64,000 nt of DNA from Takakia lepidozioides (lineage: Eukaryota; Plantae; Bryophyta). The stretch lies in the NCBI GenBank assembly GCA_030704615.1, contig CM060732.1, positions 67,518,001-67,582,000 on the forward strand, written 5' to 3'. Below the pieces are notes generated by a model. The model saw only the letters and a program-made list of their open reading frames with translations. It did not search any database and was not told the DNA's origin. The position numbers and the translations under genes were made by a program. Positions within the stretch are counted from its first letter, which is position 1; the number at the start of each line of letters is the position of its first letter. This document shows, one piece after another, positions 14,430 to 26,736 of the stretch.

Positions 14430-16901
14430 AATGTGCTCGAGGTTCAGAATGAGTTGGTAGCCAAGGCGGCGGTGATGGATGAGGTTGGGGATTTTTCTCG
14501 GGTTGAGGAGGTCCTCAAGGATGGGATGATGGGGCAGGATGAGACATTGTCACTGACAGAGGAGGTAGTGGTCACTGCTCAAGAGGTTGCAGCATAGCAA
14601 CCACGGGACGCGTCTTCTACCTCTAAGCCTGCTGGACTCAAGGTTGCAGTCACGGAGGACAACTGGGAGCCTGATGTTGGACCTATAGTCACCGGAGGAG
14701 AGAGACGACGTATACGGCGGTTCTTGAGGGCTTATAGGAACTGCTTTGCCTTCAGTTTGAAGGACTTAGGAGCACTGAAGGGTCAAGAGATTCGCATTGA
14801 ATTGGCTACTGACACGTCAATCTTTCGGAGACCCTATAGATACAGTGACATGGAGAGGTCCTTGATTCAGATGAGAACTCAGGACCTTTGGGAGGCTAGT
14901 TTGGTGGAGCTATCTGGGGGAGAGTATGCTTCAGCCATAGTGATGCCAGCCAAGAAGGATGTCTATGGCAATTGGACGGAGAGACGTATGTGCGGTGATT
15001 ACCAGCCTGTAAATCGTCAGACCAAGTCCGATAGGTATGCCATGCCGACACCAGAGCCGTTGGGCATTGGGCATGCCAAGATCTTTAGCACTTTGGATTT
15101 ACGATCCGGATATCACCAGTTGCCGATCAAGGAGGCGGATAAGCAGAAGACGACATTCTGGGGGATCAACGAGCACGAGAAGGATTGCCTATACCAGTGG
15201 CGGTTCTTACCATTTGGGCTTAAGAACGCTCCTGCAGAGTTTCAGAGAGTCATGGACAAGATTCTAGCAGGGGTGGAGTTTGCTCGGTGCTACATAGATG
15301 ACATCATCATCTTTAGTGCTACGGTGGAGGAGCATGAGAGACACCTTCAGGTGATATTTGAGCGTTTGAGGGCGCACGGATTGAAGTTATATCCGGGGAA
15401 GTGCAAGTTTTTCCACAACCAAATTGAGTATCTGGGTCACATGATATATCCTGGAGGATTGCGGATACAGCAGACTAAAGTAGAGTCCATTGCACAGATT
15501 CCACGCCCCACGGATGTGAGCCGAGTTCGAGCTTTCATGGGATTAACAAACTATTATAGACGGTTTGTTAAGGGATTTAGTGCCATTGCAAAGGCTCTAA
15601 CCAAACTGACCAAGGTGGACCAGGAGTGGCAGTGGGAAGATGAGCAAGAACAAGCTTTTCAAGAGCTCAAGGCGAGGTTGATCTCGGCGCCCATTTTGAG
15701 ACGACCTATCAGGGGGCGTCTTTTCAGCTGCATACAGATTGGAGCATGCTGAGGCTTGGAGCGGTGCTCACACAGGTGGATGATGAGGGAAGAGAGTTCG
15801 TAGTGGCTTATGTTAGCCGCTCGAACAACGCTGCAGAGACTAAATATAGCTCATATGAGGGAGAATGTTTAGCTGCAGTTTGGGCCGTGGCACACTTCAA
15901 GTGTTATCTATACGACAATCTCTTCACCCTTGTCACGGATCACCAACCACTCAAGTGGTTGATAGAGTCAGACAAGCTTACGGGGAAGCTTGCACGGTGG
16001 GCACTCATCCTTCAAGAGTATGACTTTCAAGTTGTGCATCGACCGGGTTTGGTCAATCGGGATGCAGATGGGTTGAGTCGCAATCCATGCACGAGCCAGT
16101 AGGATGATACTGGAGCTCGGTGGCATGGTGAGACGGACGAGGATATGGTGCCCAGATGGCATGCATCTGCATTTCTTATCTTGGCAGCGGAAGACCAGGT
16201 TGGACCTGCAACAGGGATGACTGTAGATCAAGTGTCTGAGGACCCTGAGACCAGCAATGAGCAAGGTGGCGCCAAAGATATACATGAGGATTCAGCTGTG
16301 TTGGACTATCTCCGCACTGGAGATACGACAGCCACTGTGACTGCCAAGGAGAGGGATCGGATCCTACAACGAGCCAAGAGGTTCAAGTGGGAGGGGATAC
16401 ACGTGCTCCGAGTGTGGGAGGATGGTCGAGTGAGGATTGTGCCTCACCCAACACAGCGGGCATGGTTAGTGCGGCATGCCCATGAGGAGTTGGGACATTT
16501 TGGGGTGCGACGCACTCATAGTCTATTGCAGGGGCAGTATTGGTGGCATGGTATGCACACAGAGGTGCAACAATTTGTGGCTAGGTGCATGGTGTGTGAT
16601 AGGGTGCGTGCTTCATTCAACGCCCCTACTCCATAATTGCACCCTCTTCCGATCATGGGATTGGGCTACAGGTGGAGTCTTGACTTCGCAGGGCCGTTGC
16701 CACTGACCATGCGCCACAACAGATACGTGTTGGTGATGGTGGAGCATTTCTCCAAGTGGATCGAGTTGGTTCCATTGCCTGATAAGGCTAGTGAGGGAGC
16801 TGCGTATGCATTCTTGGATTATGTACTTAGCCGATTCGGTACTCTAGCTGAGGTACTCACGGACCAAGGGAGAGAATTCTTGGGGGAGTTTCAGGCAACT
16901 G
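14430..16901 (+). mobile_element. Ty3/Gypsy LTR retrotransposon pol fragment (RT, RNase H, integrase zinc finger and N-terminal core), degenerate and 5'-truncated
   Basis: RMCGDY, FSTLDLRSGYHQ, LPFGLKNAPAEFQ, YIDDIIIF (RT); YSSYEGECLAAVWAV, VTDHQPLKW, ADGLSR (RNase H); HEELGHFG...CMVC (HHCC); SLDFAG and VLTDQG (first two catalytic Asp). Frameshift ~15735, stops at 16100 and 16634. No gag, protease or 5' LTR recognised. Confidence 0.95.
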
Positions 16902-18111
16902 AATAACCACCAACTAACTGATTGGAGCTGTTACAAGCAATATCAAAAATCATATTTACTGCTAAATATTTGATGCTATTGTTGTTCCTGTAGCTGAATT
17001 ATATAGTAGTCGTTTTGCTATGCACATGCGAACAGTATCAGGTCCGCAGAGACTGTCATATTCAGACTCCCGTGTCAGCCACAACCCACCATCATTGACC
17101 AATATAAAACCATCAGCTGCATGTCAGCTGAGAACTAGATCTTCGATTCATGGTATGCGACTCCAGATAAACACCATAGCCACAACTAGTTGGCCAGCAG
17201 CTTGAGATATTTCTCCGGACTGTGATTGAATGAACTGGAGATTTTATTATTAGCTGATGGTTTCATGTAGGTGGTGTCTGATTCCGATTTCGGAATATGG
17301 CAGTCGCAGTGGACCTGATGTTGTTGAAATGGGAATAGCAAAAAAATTCCTATAGAAATCAGCTACATGAACATACGCAGTATCAAACACCTTGAAGTAC
17401 ATATGATTGTTGAAATTGTTTGCACAGATTGTTTGCGACGGTGTTCCTCCTTTGGCGTCCAGTCCACATGAAAACGACGAGAATGACGCTGGAGATTGAC
17501 GTTTAATTGTTGACATTCTGCCTCCTCATAACACCATTTAGATGTGCAATGATCGACATCAGAACAGGTCAGCTCTTAGAAAAACACGCGTGATCGCATG
17601 ATGTTAATCGTTGGTGTTCCTCAAAAGAATAATGAATCTCCAAATGAAGGATATAGGAACCAAAAAATACACCACGAGAATGCTGTCAATTGTTGGAGAT
17701 CGGATTGTGCAAGCAGGGAGAATGACTTCAAACAACTTAAAGACTAGGATTTTAAGATACTTGAACAATCCGCCAAGGAACAAGTGACACCATCAGCACG
17801 AATGATTTGAGTGCGTGTTCTGAAACACATCAATGAATCATCCAGGATGATGGTATGAAATATTCCGGGACGGATTATCCGAATACCTTGAGTTCTCTCG
17901 CTGTAACTGACATGAAGTAACTCATTATGCCTGCAAAATCATCACAGCTTCAAATGACAACATTTTTGTTGTTGATTGCGTAAGCATATAAAAAGCATCA
18001 CTCCGACCAATGACAAGTGGTTGTCGAGCGCATACGTATCGCTACACAACTACATCGCTGTCCAAACTACACCACACATATATGCACAATAAAGTAGTCT
18101 GCCACAATGAT

Positions 18112-18444
18112 TGTAAGAACTAAACTCACATGTCTGATGACATAGAAACACAAAACACAACACAATCACTCGTTAAAAAAAATAGAGTCGAGCCAGAGGC
18201 ACCCCACGCTATGGGGACTCCATCCCACTACATCATATTCTCCCTTTATAAGTACACTCAGATTCTAAGCAATGAAGGAGCTCGGTCGTGCAGGCTCAAC
18301 TCGAGAGAGATGAGCCGCACGACTGACGCTAAAATGGTTCAGATAGTTTCACACTGTGTTTATTTAACTTGACAGCTGTCGTGCGCATACGTATCGGTAC
18401 ACAACTACATCACACGTATATGCACAATAAAGTAGTCTGCCACA
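18112..18444 (-). mobile_element. candidate 3' LTR (~333 bp)
   Basis: Starts TGTGGCAG right after the polypurine tract and ends ...TTCTTACA (TG...CA). Contains TATAAAGGG and a GT-rich distal part. No 5' LTR is available for comparison. Confidence 0.55.
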
Positions 18445-18445
18445 A

Positions 18446-19530
18446 TCGCCCCCCTAGCTGGTGGATAGGTCCCTCTAACTCCAGATAGCTACAAGATGTA
18501 ATAGCCACAGCCGTACTAAGTCCTCTATCACTGTCCCTATTGTACTCAAACTCTATAGACCAAGAGGCCGGGTACAAGAGTAGCCCCATCATTAGTCGCC
18601 GTCTTGCAATCTGTGAACTTGAGCCAGGATCTCGTGTGTTCAAGGTTTCATAGTAGCTTGGCCTTGCATTTCTTGTTAGCCTCCCATGGTTGTATCCACT
18701 CCCACTATCTAATGCAATGCGGACATAACCAATCCACATTAGGAACCATCTCAAGAAGTGGAGTCAAGCATCCCATATGCCAACCTCTAGAGCATCGATC
18801 ACACACCAGCATGGTGGCTGCCCCTCTAGCAGACCCACACAACATGCACCTCAAACTTGCAGGTACCACTGCCAGGTTTGGGTCAATCCTGCCATCGACA
18901 TTCGGAAGGTGACATGGCGCACAATTACGCACATGGTCCTTCCAAGTTATGCCATCCCGACCCTCCAAGATCAAGACGTCTGAGGGCAATACCTCTCGAA
19001 CCCTCAAAATAACACGTCATGCAGTCACATCCAAGGTCGTAGGAGCAGTCTGCTGCAGATAGACATAGTCACCAGGGTTAAATCTCCAAACCCCAGGACG
19101 ATAGCCCCCACCACGTATGGTAGCATACCTCAACGTATCACAATGTTGTGCAATGGCCAGGTTTTCGAAAGCCATGGGCATGACTTTCTTGAACAACTCT
19201 GCACGCTGATCACATGCATGTGCCCACACGTCCGGATCGTCAAGGTTAAGAACTGTAGCAGCTTCTCTACGAATGGATGTAGGCAAATCCGGCTCTCGGC
19301 CAAAGAGAAGAAAATATGGTGAGAAGGAGGCAAGTGATGCTTGCTTGCTGAACCTGTAGCCCATGGCTAACCAGGGTAATTAAAGGTCCCAATCTCCTAG
19401 GTGTTCCTTCTGCAAGCCATATTTGCGCAAACCCATCTTTACTGTCTGAACAACCCTCTCTGCCAAGCCATCGGCCTCAGGATGATCCCGAGAAGTGGTG
19501 TGGTGGTCTACCAAGGCCTTGTCACAGTTG
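18446..19530 (-). mobile_element. 3' part of the same Gypsy element in inverted orientation: integrase core C-terminal half, C-terminal domain, PHD finger and polypurine tract
   Basis: The minus strand from 19530 reads CDKALVDHHTTSRDHPEADGLAERVVQTVK...SPYFLLFGREP..., then CMLC-x12-CDRCSRGWHMGC...WLCPHC (18714-18848), then the purine tract AGGGGGGCGA at 18446-18455. Confidence 0.92.
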
Positions 19531-20438
19531 GGGAACAGTTTACGAGTGTTTTATAGTAAATCGTAGCCCGTCATAGATGAACCTCGACTGGTCACCCGAC
19601 ACTATTTCTTTGAAGATTTCACAGAAAATATCACGCTTTGCATGTCAACGTATTCGTCACCGAGTCACTCTCCAGAAGCATACGAGCAGCATACTTACTC
19701 CCCAACTGGATACTTTCAGCATTTTACTTCAGGGTCAGTTACTTGGACATTATGTTTTGAAGAGCATACGAGTAATTCATCATCTTCGCGATTCACTGGA
19801 AGTCTGCAAAGGCCACCAAATCTTCGAGTAGTACAGCTGAACTTCGGTCGCACAAGACATTGTTGGTTGGCGTAATATCGGAGGATATTTTTTGTGAGGT
19901 CATCACCATATCCACGATACCTGAGACAACATTTCAGGGATTTCTTCTATCTTCTGCTGACTAAAACCTTCGGAACAACAGAAGAATACAAATTTGAAAA
20001 TGGTCCCTCCAACCTTGTCAAAATATCGTGATTTTCGGAAATGGCTTTCCTCAAAATATTTTCATCAAAAGTACGTCGGCCGGCATCGTCTTGTGTTACT
20101 GGAGTTCAGCCCTCTTTCTAGAAGTTGATACTCTCATTGACATGGTTTACGTTACTTGTATTGGTTTATGCCGCATGACGAGACTTACTCAAATTGACAT
20201 GGTTCTGAAATAAAACCTGGTTGTTTATCATCAATGTCTCCCCATTGTTTTTCATTTCATGTCATGGTATTGTGTCATTGTGCCATGTTTTGCTCACATA
20301 TTTGATTGATTTGCCTTGTACGTTACATAGTAACGGCCTTCACAAACTTAGTCGCGGTTACGAATATGACTAAGACATAAGGTGCTCAAATCATCCATAA
20401 GGCCGCGGATCATGAAGCGAGTTATCACCCAACACCCG

Positions 20439-20670
20439 TTTTATTTTTTATTTTTTTAATGTAATGGAAACACTTGGGAGCGACAGCTCACAAATCAGAC
20501 CCCCTTAATAGTGGGAGGAGAAAATAACCCCTTTCACAGTAACCCCGCCATGTGGCGTTGGAGTGGGACACCACCCAAGAACATACCACACCCGTCAGTA
20601 GCAAGATTTGACCCCATAATCATCTAGATGGCACTCAGAGCACTTCACCAACTAAGCTACTGACTGTTGG
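20439..20670 (-). mobile_element. tRNA-derived SINE
   Basis: On the minus strand: box A TAGCTTAGTTGGT (20647-20659), box B-like GGTCAAATC (20605-20613) at tRNA-like spacing, a 9-bp inverted repeat GTCAGTAGC/GCTACTGAC, and an A-rich tail (20439-20457). Confidence 0.7.
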
Positions 20671-22129
20671 TATCTCATTCAACTCTTACTAAACGTCGAG
20701 TGAACGTGGAACTTGCTTTATGAGCCAAATAGAAACTGCTTTTTCTCGTGAAGTTTATATATAATGTTTCTTTATTACTCATATCATATATTAATAGACA
20801 AACAATTATTTATATCTTTATATTTATATTTAAAGTGATCCATTTAAATGATTTAAAGATATATATTCAGATATTTCTCCTTATTTCTAGTCCAGATTTA
20901 TTTATAATTGTGTTCCTAGCCTTTACCACCTGTTTTTGAAAGCTTTTCTGAGAATGCTCATGGTCAAGGCCTATGAAAAACATCCCATCAAAGTCCTTTG
21001 TCAAAGTGGTCTCTATGAGATCACATGCCGTGAGCAGTATGGTCCACTCCTTGATGTCAGGACGAATCTGCAGCTCCTTACAAGTTGCGCCAACACCGGT
21101 AGCCCAGATGAATCCCAATCCAGTGGAGCATCTGAAGATAAATCCACAACCATCGTCATGCTGTCCTTGTAATACAAGACTTTGGCAGTACTACTTACGG
21201 TTTCTGAAGACTCCCATTTCAATTTGTCTTTGTCTTTGTCTTTGTTTTGTTTTTTTTGCTTGCTAGTATTTGTGACACTTCATCCGATATGAGACATGCG
21301 CTATTCTACACGTATCAACACAAATTAGTTTATTTGAACAAACAGTAATGCCGCCATTACAATTATCAGTCTACCATTCTTTTTGACAAGTAATGGACAC
21401 GCTGGATTGCAAAAAGATGCCCATATAGTTTGTTGAGGTTTGTAACATTTGAGATCAAGATTCAGATTCTATTAATTTGTCTCTATTTGCCTTATGTGGA
21501 TCTTGACTAGGTATTTGATTTTGGGCAGTAACCAAAATCAAGCTACCACGATATGACAAGATGTCAAACACAATGTCCCACATCTTGGATAATTTTTTGT
21601 TCACATATGCCAAGGCTCTTTGCCTCTTTGACTCGTAGAATTATAGACATGACCAAAATTGATGAGTCTCAAATGAGACACAAGTGATAATGATCTCATT
21701 GACTGCTTCTTATGGTACTGTAGTTTTGAGATTTATATTTTTCTTGAACATATTGAGAGTATGATGCTAAGTAACTACAAGTTTGATGTTGTTAAGAAAC
21801 AAAGGTTTTTCAGTCATCCAATGTTATATCAACAACATCTCAAATCCTCCATAAGATGTACTTGATGTTTCACATGAAATATGAGTTCTTGAATCTGAAC
21901 ATCATCACGTACAATTTTCTCTAATGATTCATTTTGGATTTGCATCATCCGAAGCTCTTGGCTTTAGAAGACATTCGAAGTCCTCCATGATAGTTGCATC
22001 AAAAGTGGAAAACAATTTGCACGAATCCAATGTAGACTAGAATGGTCGGTGTGTTTTTTTCATTATTCCATAATCACCATAGGGGCCACATGTAAATTCT
22101 AACCTGCGCCCATTGCCGAGAATAACAAG

Positions 22130-22320
22130 GTTGCAGGGTACGAAAAGTAGCATGTATATAACATGTGGCACTTTTTACGAGTTCCACGTAGGTTAAAGTG
22201 ACTCCTAATATTCAACCACTGGCGCTTTCTGCGTATGTTTCGATTTTTATCCCCCATACATCCTTTGTACAAGTAGATGACCCATTTTTTAGGTCGTTAT
22301 ATGACGATTTTTTGCCAATT
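22130..22320 (+). repeat. dispersed repeat, copy 1 (probable DNA transposon or MITE terminus)
   Basis: TTTTATCCCCCATACATCCTTTGTACAAGTAGATGAC and its flanks align by eye with 23765-23960, and more weakly with ~61455-61540. Confidence 0.6.
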
Positions 22321-23764
22321 AATTTTTTTTGGGAATGACCGTAATAAATAAGATGATAGTTGGATGATACATTTTTTGGTCGCGATGCCATTACTTGTAA
22401 GCCATAATATATATTGATATCAGTTTTGAATCTGAATATATATATTCATATATTGGTATATATATTTATACCTTCATATCAACTTAAATATCCTAGGTAA
22501 TTTTTTTTAATTGAAATGAGATAAAATGACATTTTAAAACTAAATAAAATAAATATTTAATCTTTCTAGTTTAGTGTCTGATCCTGCAAAATATGGGTAT
22601 GAGTTTCTATTCTTGTTGACTTCATTTAAATTTATATTTAATGGTTGGAAGAATGAGGAATTAATCCGTATCACTCACTTCAAAGATTTGGAGCTCGTGT
22701 TTTCTTTCTTCTCTCTTTGGGCAGTCTATCATGTTTACTTTCTCATTGTTTCCGACATCCTTTTTGGCTTGCAATGGCATGTGACATGCCTGGCCATGCA
22801 TCTTTATACATTGATGGAAATTCAATTCCATTCATATTAGGTATTGATGAGGGTGGATTTGTCATTGTCGAGGCAGAAGATGTTGCACTTCGATTCAAGC
22901 TGGAAGTGGATTCTTTGTTCATAGAAAGAAAAATCTTCAAGTCCTATGGAGTGCTTTCTTGGGCATTGTACCAGAAATCTTATCAACTATGAAAGGAGTG
23001 GAAGCCTGTTCTGATATTTGATTCATTTCTTTTCATGACCAATTTGTTGTCTTTACATGAGTGTCAACCAAATGCATTCATTGATCTCGATGTGTTCCAT
23101 TTGTACATATGTTCCAGTCTTTGGGTATAGCGTCTTTGGGTATAGCTTGAAGTACATTTTTTGTCATTGTTGAATTGTCATTTTTTGGCTTCCTCAGATA
23201 TAGGGTCGTTATACAATAATCCTCGGAAATACGTCCTCTTTCTTAATGTTTTGACGACCCATCCATGCTCATAATCATATTTAATTTATATTATGGGCTC
23301 ACGATTTCCAGCTCTACGCTCACTGCTCACGGTTTAGCGTCCCCGTGTGAAGTTGTGGGTCTAGGTTGGTGATGACCAATGATAGTTAATGAAATAAGGG
23401 CGGAGATCATGAGGTGTAACTTCAGCAATTGATGATTTTTAGTGAAATGAGGGTGGCCCAGAATTTTTTAGAGAAGTTGGAGTCATTTAAAAAATAAATA
23501 AATAAATAAAATTCATTCATGATCTAACTACCCAATTCTCTAACAACCACATTCTTCATCCAATTATTCATCCAATTTTGAGTCTGCCTTTGAGTTTATC
23601 ATCCCATTTTATTCTGTCCATCTGCAAATATCTTTAGACCCAATTTTTGAATGATTCCAAATTTTATATCCAATTGGCTGATTTCATAAATTTACTCGAT
23701 AAAAGCCCAAAATAACTATACATGTATACATTCTGAGTTCGATCTTTTCTACTTAGAGAATATC

Positions 23765-23960
23765 GAGGTAGCATAGTTAGAAAAGTGGCTATATTCCAGG
23801 TGTCACGTTTTGACTGGTCCACGTCGGCAAGATTAGGCCCTTGAAATTTATCTGCTGCTGCTTTTTGTCGAAAAAGTCAGATTTTACCCCCCATAATTCC
23901 TTTGTACAAGTAGCTGACGCAGTTTCCAGGTCGAAATTTGGCAATTTTTCGCCAGAAAGA
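23765..23960 (+). repeat. dispersed repeat, copy 2
   Basis: TTTTACCCCCCATAATTCCTTTGTACAAGTAGCTGAC plus the upstream GTGTCAC..TCCACGT match the 22.13-22.32 kb copy. Confidence 0.6.
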
Positions 23961-24134
23961 AAAATACTGCTCTTGACACAAACCCAAAGTTTTTCTTAGT
24001 GATGAAGCCCTTATATGGTATGCATGAACATGGTAAGTCCCCCTTATATGGTGCACAATAATGATACGCCCTTGGAGATGGTCATAGAGGGAGGATGCTT
24101 GCACAAGGGACCCTTGAGTGAAGACCCTTGTGCT

Positions 24135-24522
24135 TAGGGATGAAGAAGAGTTTCTTACTTACCCTTTTACTATTTATCCTCCAAAAATTTATATTTACCC
24201 GTAGGTAAAGGGTATATGGAAATTATTTATCCTTCAGACGGGTAATGGTAAGGGTATCTCGGATTATTTACCCATCTTAAGGGTAAGTGCAAGTTTAAAA
24301 AAAAGGTGCAAGAGTAAATGAAATGGGCCAATCCGGGTAAATCATTTACCCTTACCCTGATTTACCCGCCGGGGAAATCCGGGTTTAATATCCTTCAGAG
24401 GGGTAATGGTAAGGGTGTCTCAGATTATTTACCCGTCTTAAGGGTAAGTGCAAGTGTGAATGAAATGGGTCAATCCGGGTAACTCATTTATCCTTACCCT
24501 GATTTACCCGCAACAACACCCA
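24135..24522. mobile_element. non-autonomous hAT-like element rich in TACCC/GGGTA motifs, with an internal tandem duplication
   Basis: Begins TAGGGATGAA (similar to the Ac-type TIR) and has many TTTACCCG/CGGGTAA motifs in both orientations. 24228-24369 is duplicated at 24388-24511. The right TIR is degenerate and no TSD was found. Confidence 0.5.
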
Positions 24523-26736
24523 CACAAACTCACAACCACGGCTATTAGTGCGGGTGGGAAAAGGCAAAGAGAGGCCCCTTCAAGGTGCGGGTATCATATA
24601 GTGTCCACTCTCCGGTGGCTCTAGAAGATCGAAATGCCAGAAATATAAAACAGTCTCACTCAAGGTCCTGCTGATCTCGGTCAGCTCTTCAGATATGAAA
24701 CTGTGTTGAATGCATTGGTGACATTGTCACAGAGCGACTACCCAATGTAGATGAAGGTGAAGTTAAATCTAGGTACTAAGCCGGGAGCATTCATCCATCT
24801 CATTCCTTAACAAAGAAAGTAGTGACCGAGAAATCAGATATGCCGCCGTCAGCTCTGATGGGGCTGACAGCACCGTGCTGCGGTACTGTCGTCGGACGGC
24901 GCCGTCAGTTGGAGTAAGTCAGAAGTGACGGTATGAAGAGAGAGAGGGTTCAGATTTCGGGTCAACTACTCTAGTTACCGAGACCCTGCTTAGCTTTTGC
25001 ACTGATGACTGCTTTGTACTTGTTGATTGCAGTGTGGGATTTTCGAACATAGAGGTGTACTCGATCATTGTGCAAAAACTTTGCTTTGACCTGCTCCACC
25101 TCCATTTGTGCGGATTGTTCTCTGATTTCCTTACTGTAGGTAGCTTGGCATAATGTAAGGAGCATGAGAACTTGTCTGATGAACAAATTACCTTTTGTCT
25201 ACTTGATCGTTGGGACGTCGTAGTTTCTTTCGCAGAGGGTGCTAACAGGCAAGTCTGGAGAGAGAGAGGAAACCGAGAATGCTGCAGAAAGACACCGTGA
25301 CGGAAGGTATGTGAGGGTCATTATTACCGTAGGACAGTGATATGTGTTCGTGGGTTTCTGTTTGGAGACTGTTTAGGGAAGTCTTTGGCATCTTTGCTCA
25401 CTTGCCTTTCTCTTTTCTGGGGGCCCATTCCATCTTGGGTTGTATGTCACTTTATGTATAACTCAACTTTCGCCAGATTCGGTATCCGGTCTTCCATGGA
25501 CTCCAGAAAAACAACTGTGGCTTGCAGCAATCCCCTTCCGCAAATTGATGGACAGTAATGAGAGAATGAGGTCCGGAGAGATCACGAGTGCTTCCAACCA
25601 ACCTCCCCAAACCGAACTTCTTCTGAAGTGCACACCAACAGCCAGATAACGACATAAGCAATGTCGACAACATACAGCTTTAACACTAATTCTGTGGTTC
25701 CGAGTCTGACATTGGGGATTAGTATGCGTTACGTCCCTCAAGATGATGGCAAGGTAGGGTTTCGCAATTTTGTGGGGAAATTTGCAGGGGAGAGGGGAGA
25801 GTCAGCCAAGACACAAACAGACTCAACTATGGATGCCACCAAATCCCACATCTGCTAGTGGAGATTTCTTCAATTTCAAAGAATGAAATCGCTAAACTGT
25901 ACAAAAGATACATACACTTTAAACTAAGCCGTCTGTGTGCTGATCTCATAGTAATATAGACTGCTTCTTGGAAGAATGCATATACAGCTAAATCAGGCCA
26001 TGGAGTCAAACTTGGGTCCACTATCTGCATTGCCGCCTCAACAGATGAAAGCATCTGCCTCGAACAGCTCCACCTCAGAATGTCTCTGCAATTGCACTAT
26101 CCAATCCATCAGGGTTCTGCAAACAAAATCCGCAGAGGGGCAGAAGTGAGTGTGGGAAGGTGGTAGGGGGGGGACTCTGGAGACCAAAACCTCCACATCT
26201 AAAGTAAGCTTGTCATATGGTACCTGATATGCATTTTAATGTCAAATTAAAATGTCATTTCAAATTTCTGAATCCCTCTGCGATCATCAGCTGATTCTAA
26301 CTAGATAAAGTTGGAGACAAGAAGTTACCTTCATAATGTAGATAACTGTGTGATAGCCGGAGACTAAAGCTTCGATGATTTCACCTCCTGGATGCAGCTA
26401 TAACCAAGGATTCCTGACTGAGTACATCCCCAAGATGATCACATGACTAAAAACACTTTATTGCATGTTACAACCGAGCAGCACTGACCATCTGTTCCTG
26501 CAAGACAGGATCCGAGTGAGAAATCTGTGGCAGCAATCAAGCAAAGGAGACAAACACTGGCAGAGCAGAAGAGGAGCTCAACCTTAGTGGTCAGGATTGA
26601 GGCCCTCCGACAATTGTGGATTGAGATGAAAAAGAGTACTTCTGCTGAGTAAACCATCACATGGCAATCTTGCTTTAAGGCAGAATACAGATCATTGTGC
26701 AAGGATGCTGCCCTTGCATACTGACCTGGCCATTTA

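Noticed and set aside
24971-26054. Short minus-strand ORFs downstream of EMS1
   Set aside because: No recognisable domain or consistent exon chain; they could be 3' UTR or intergenic sequence.
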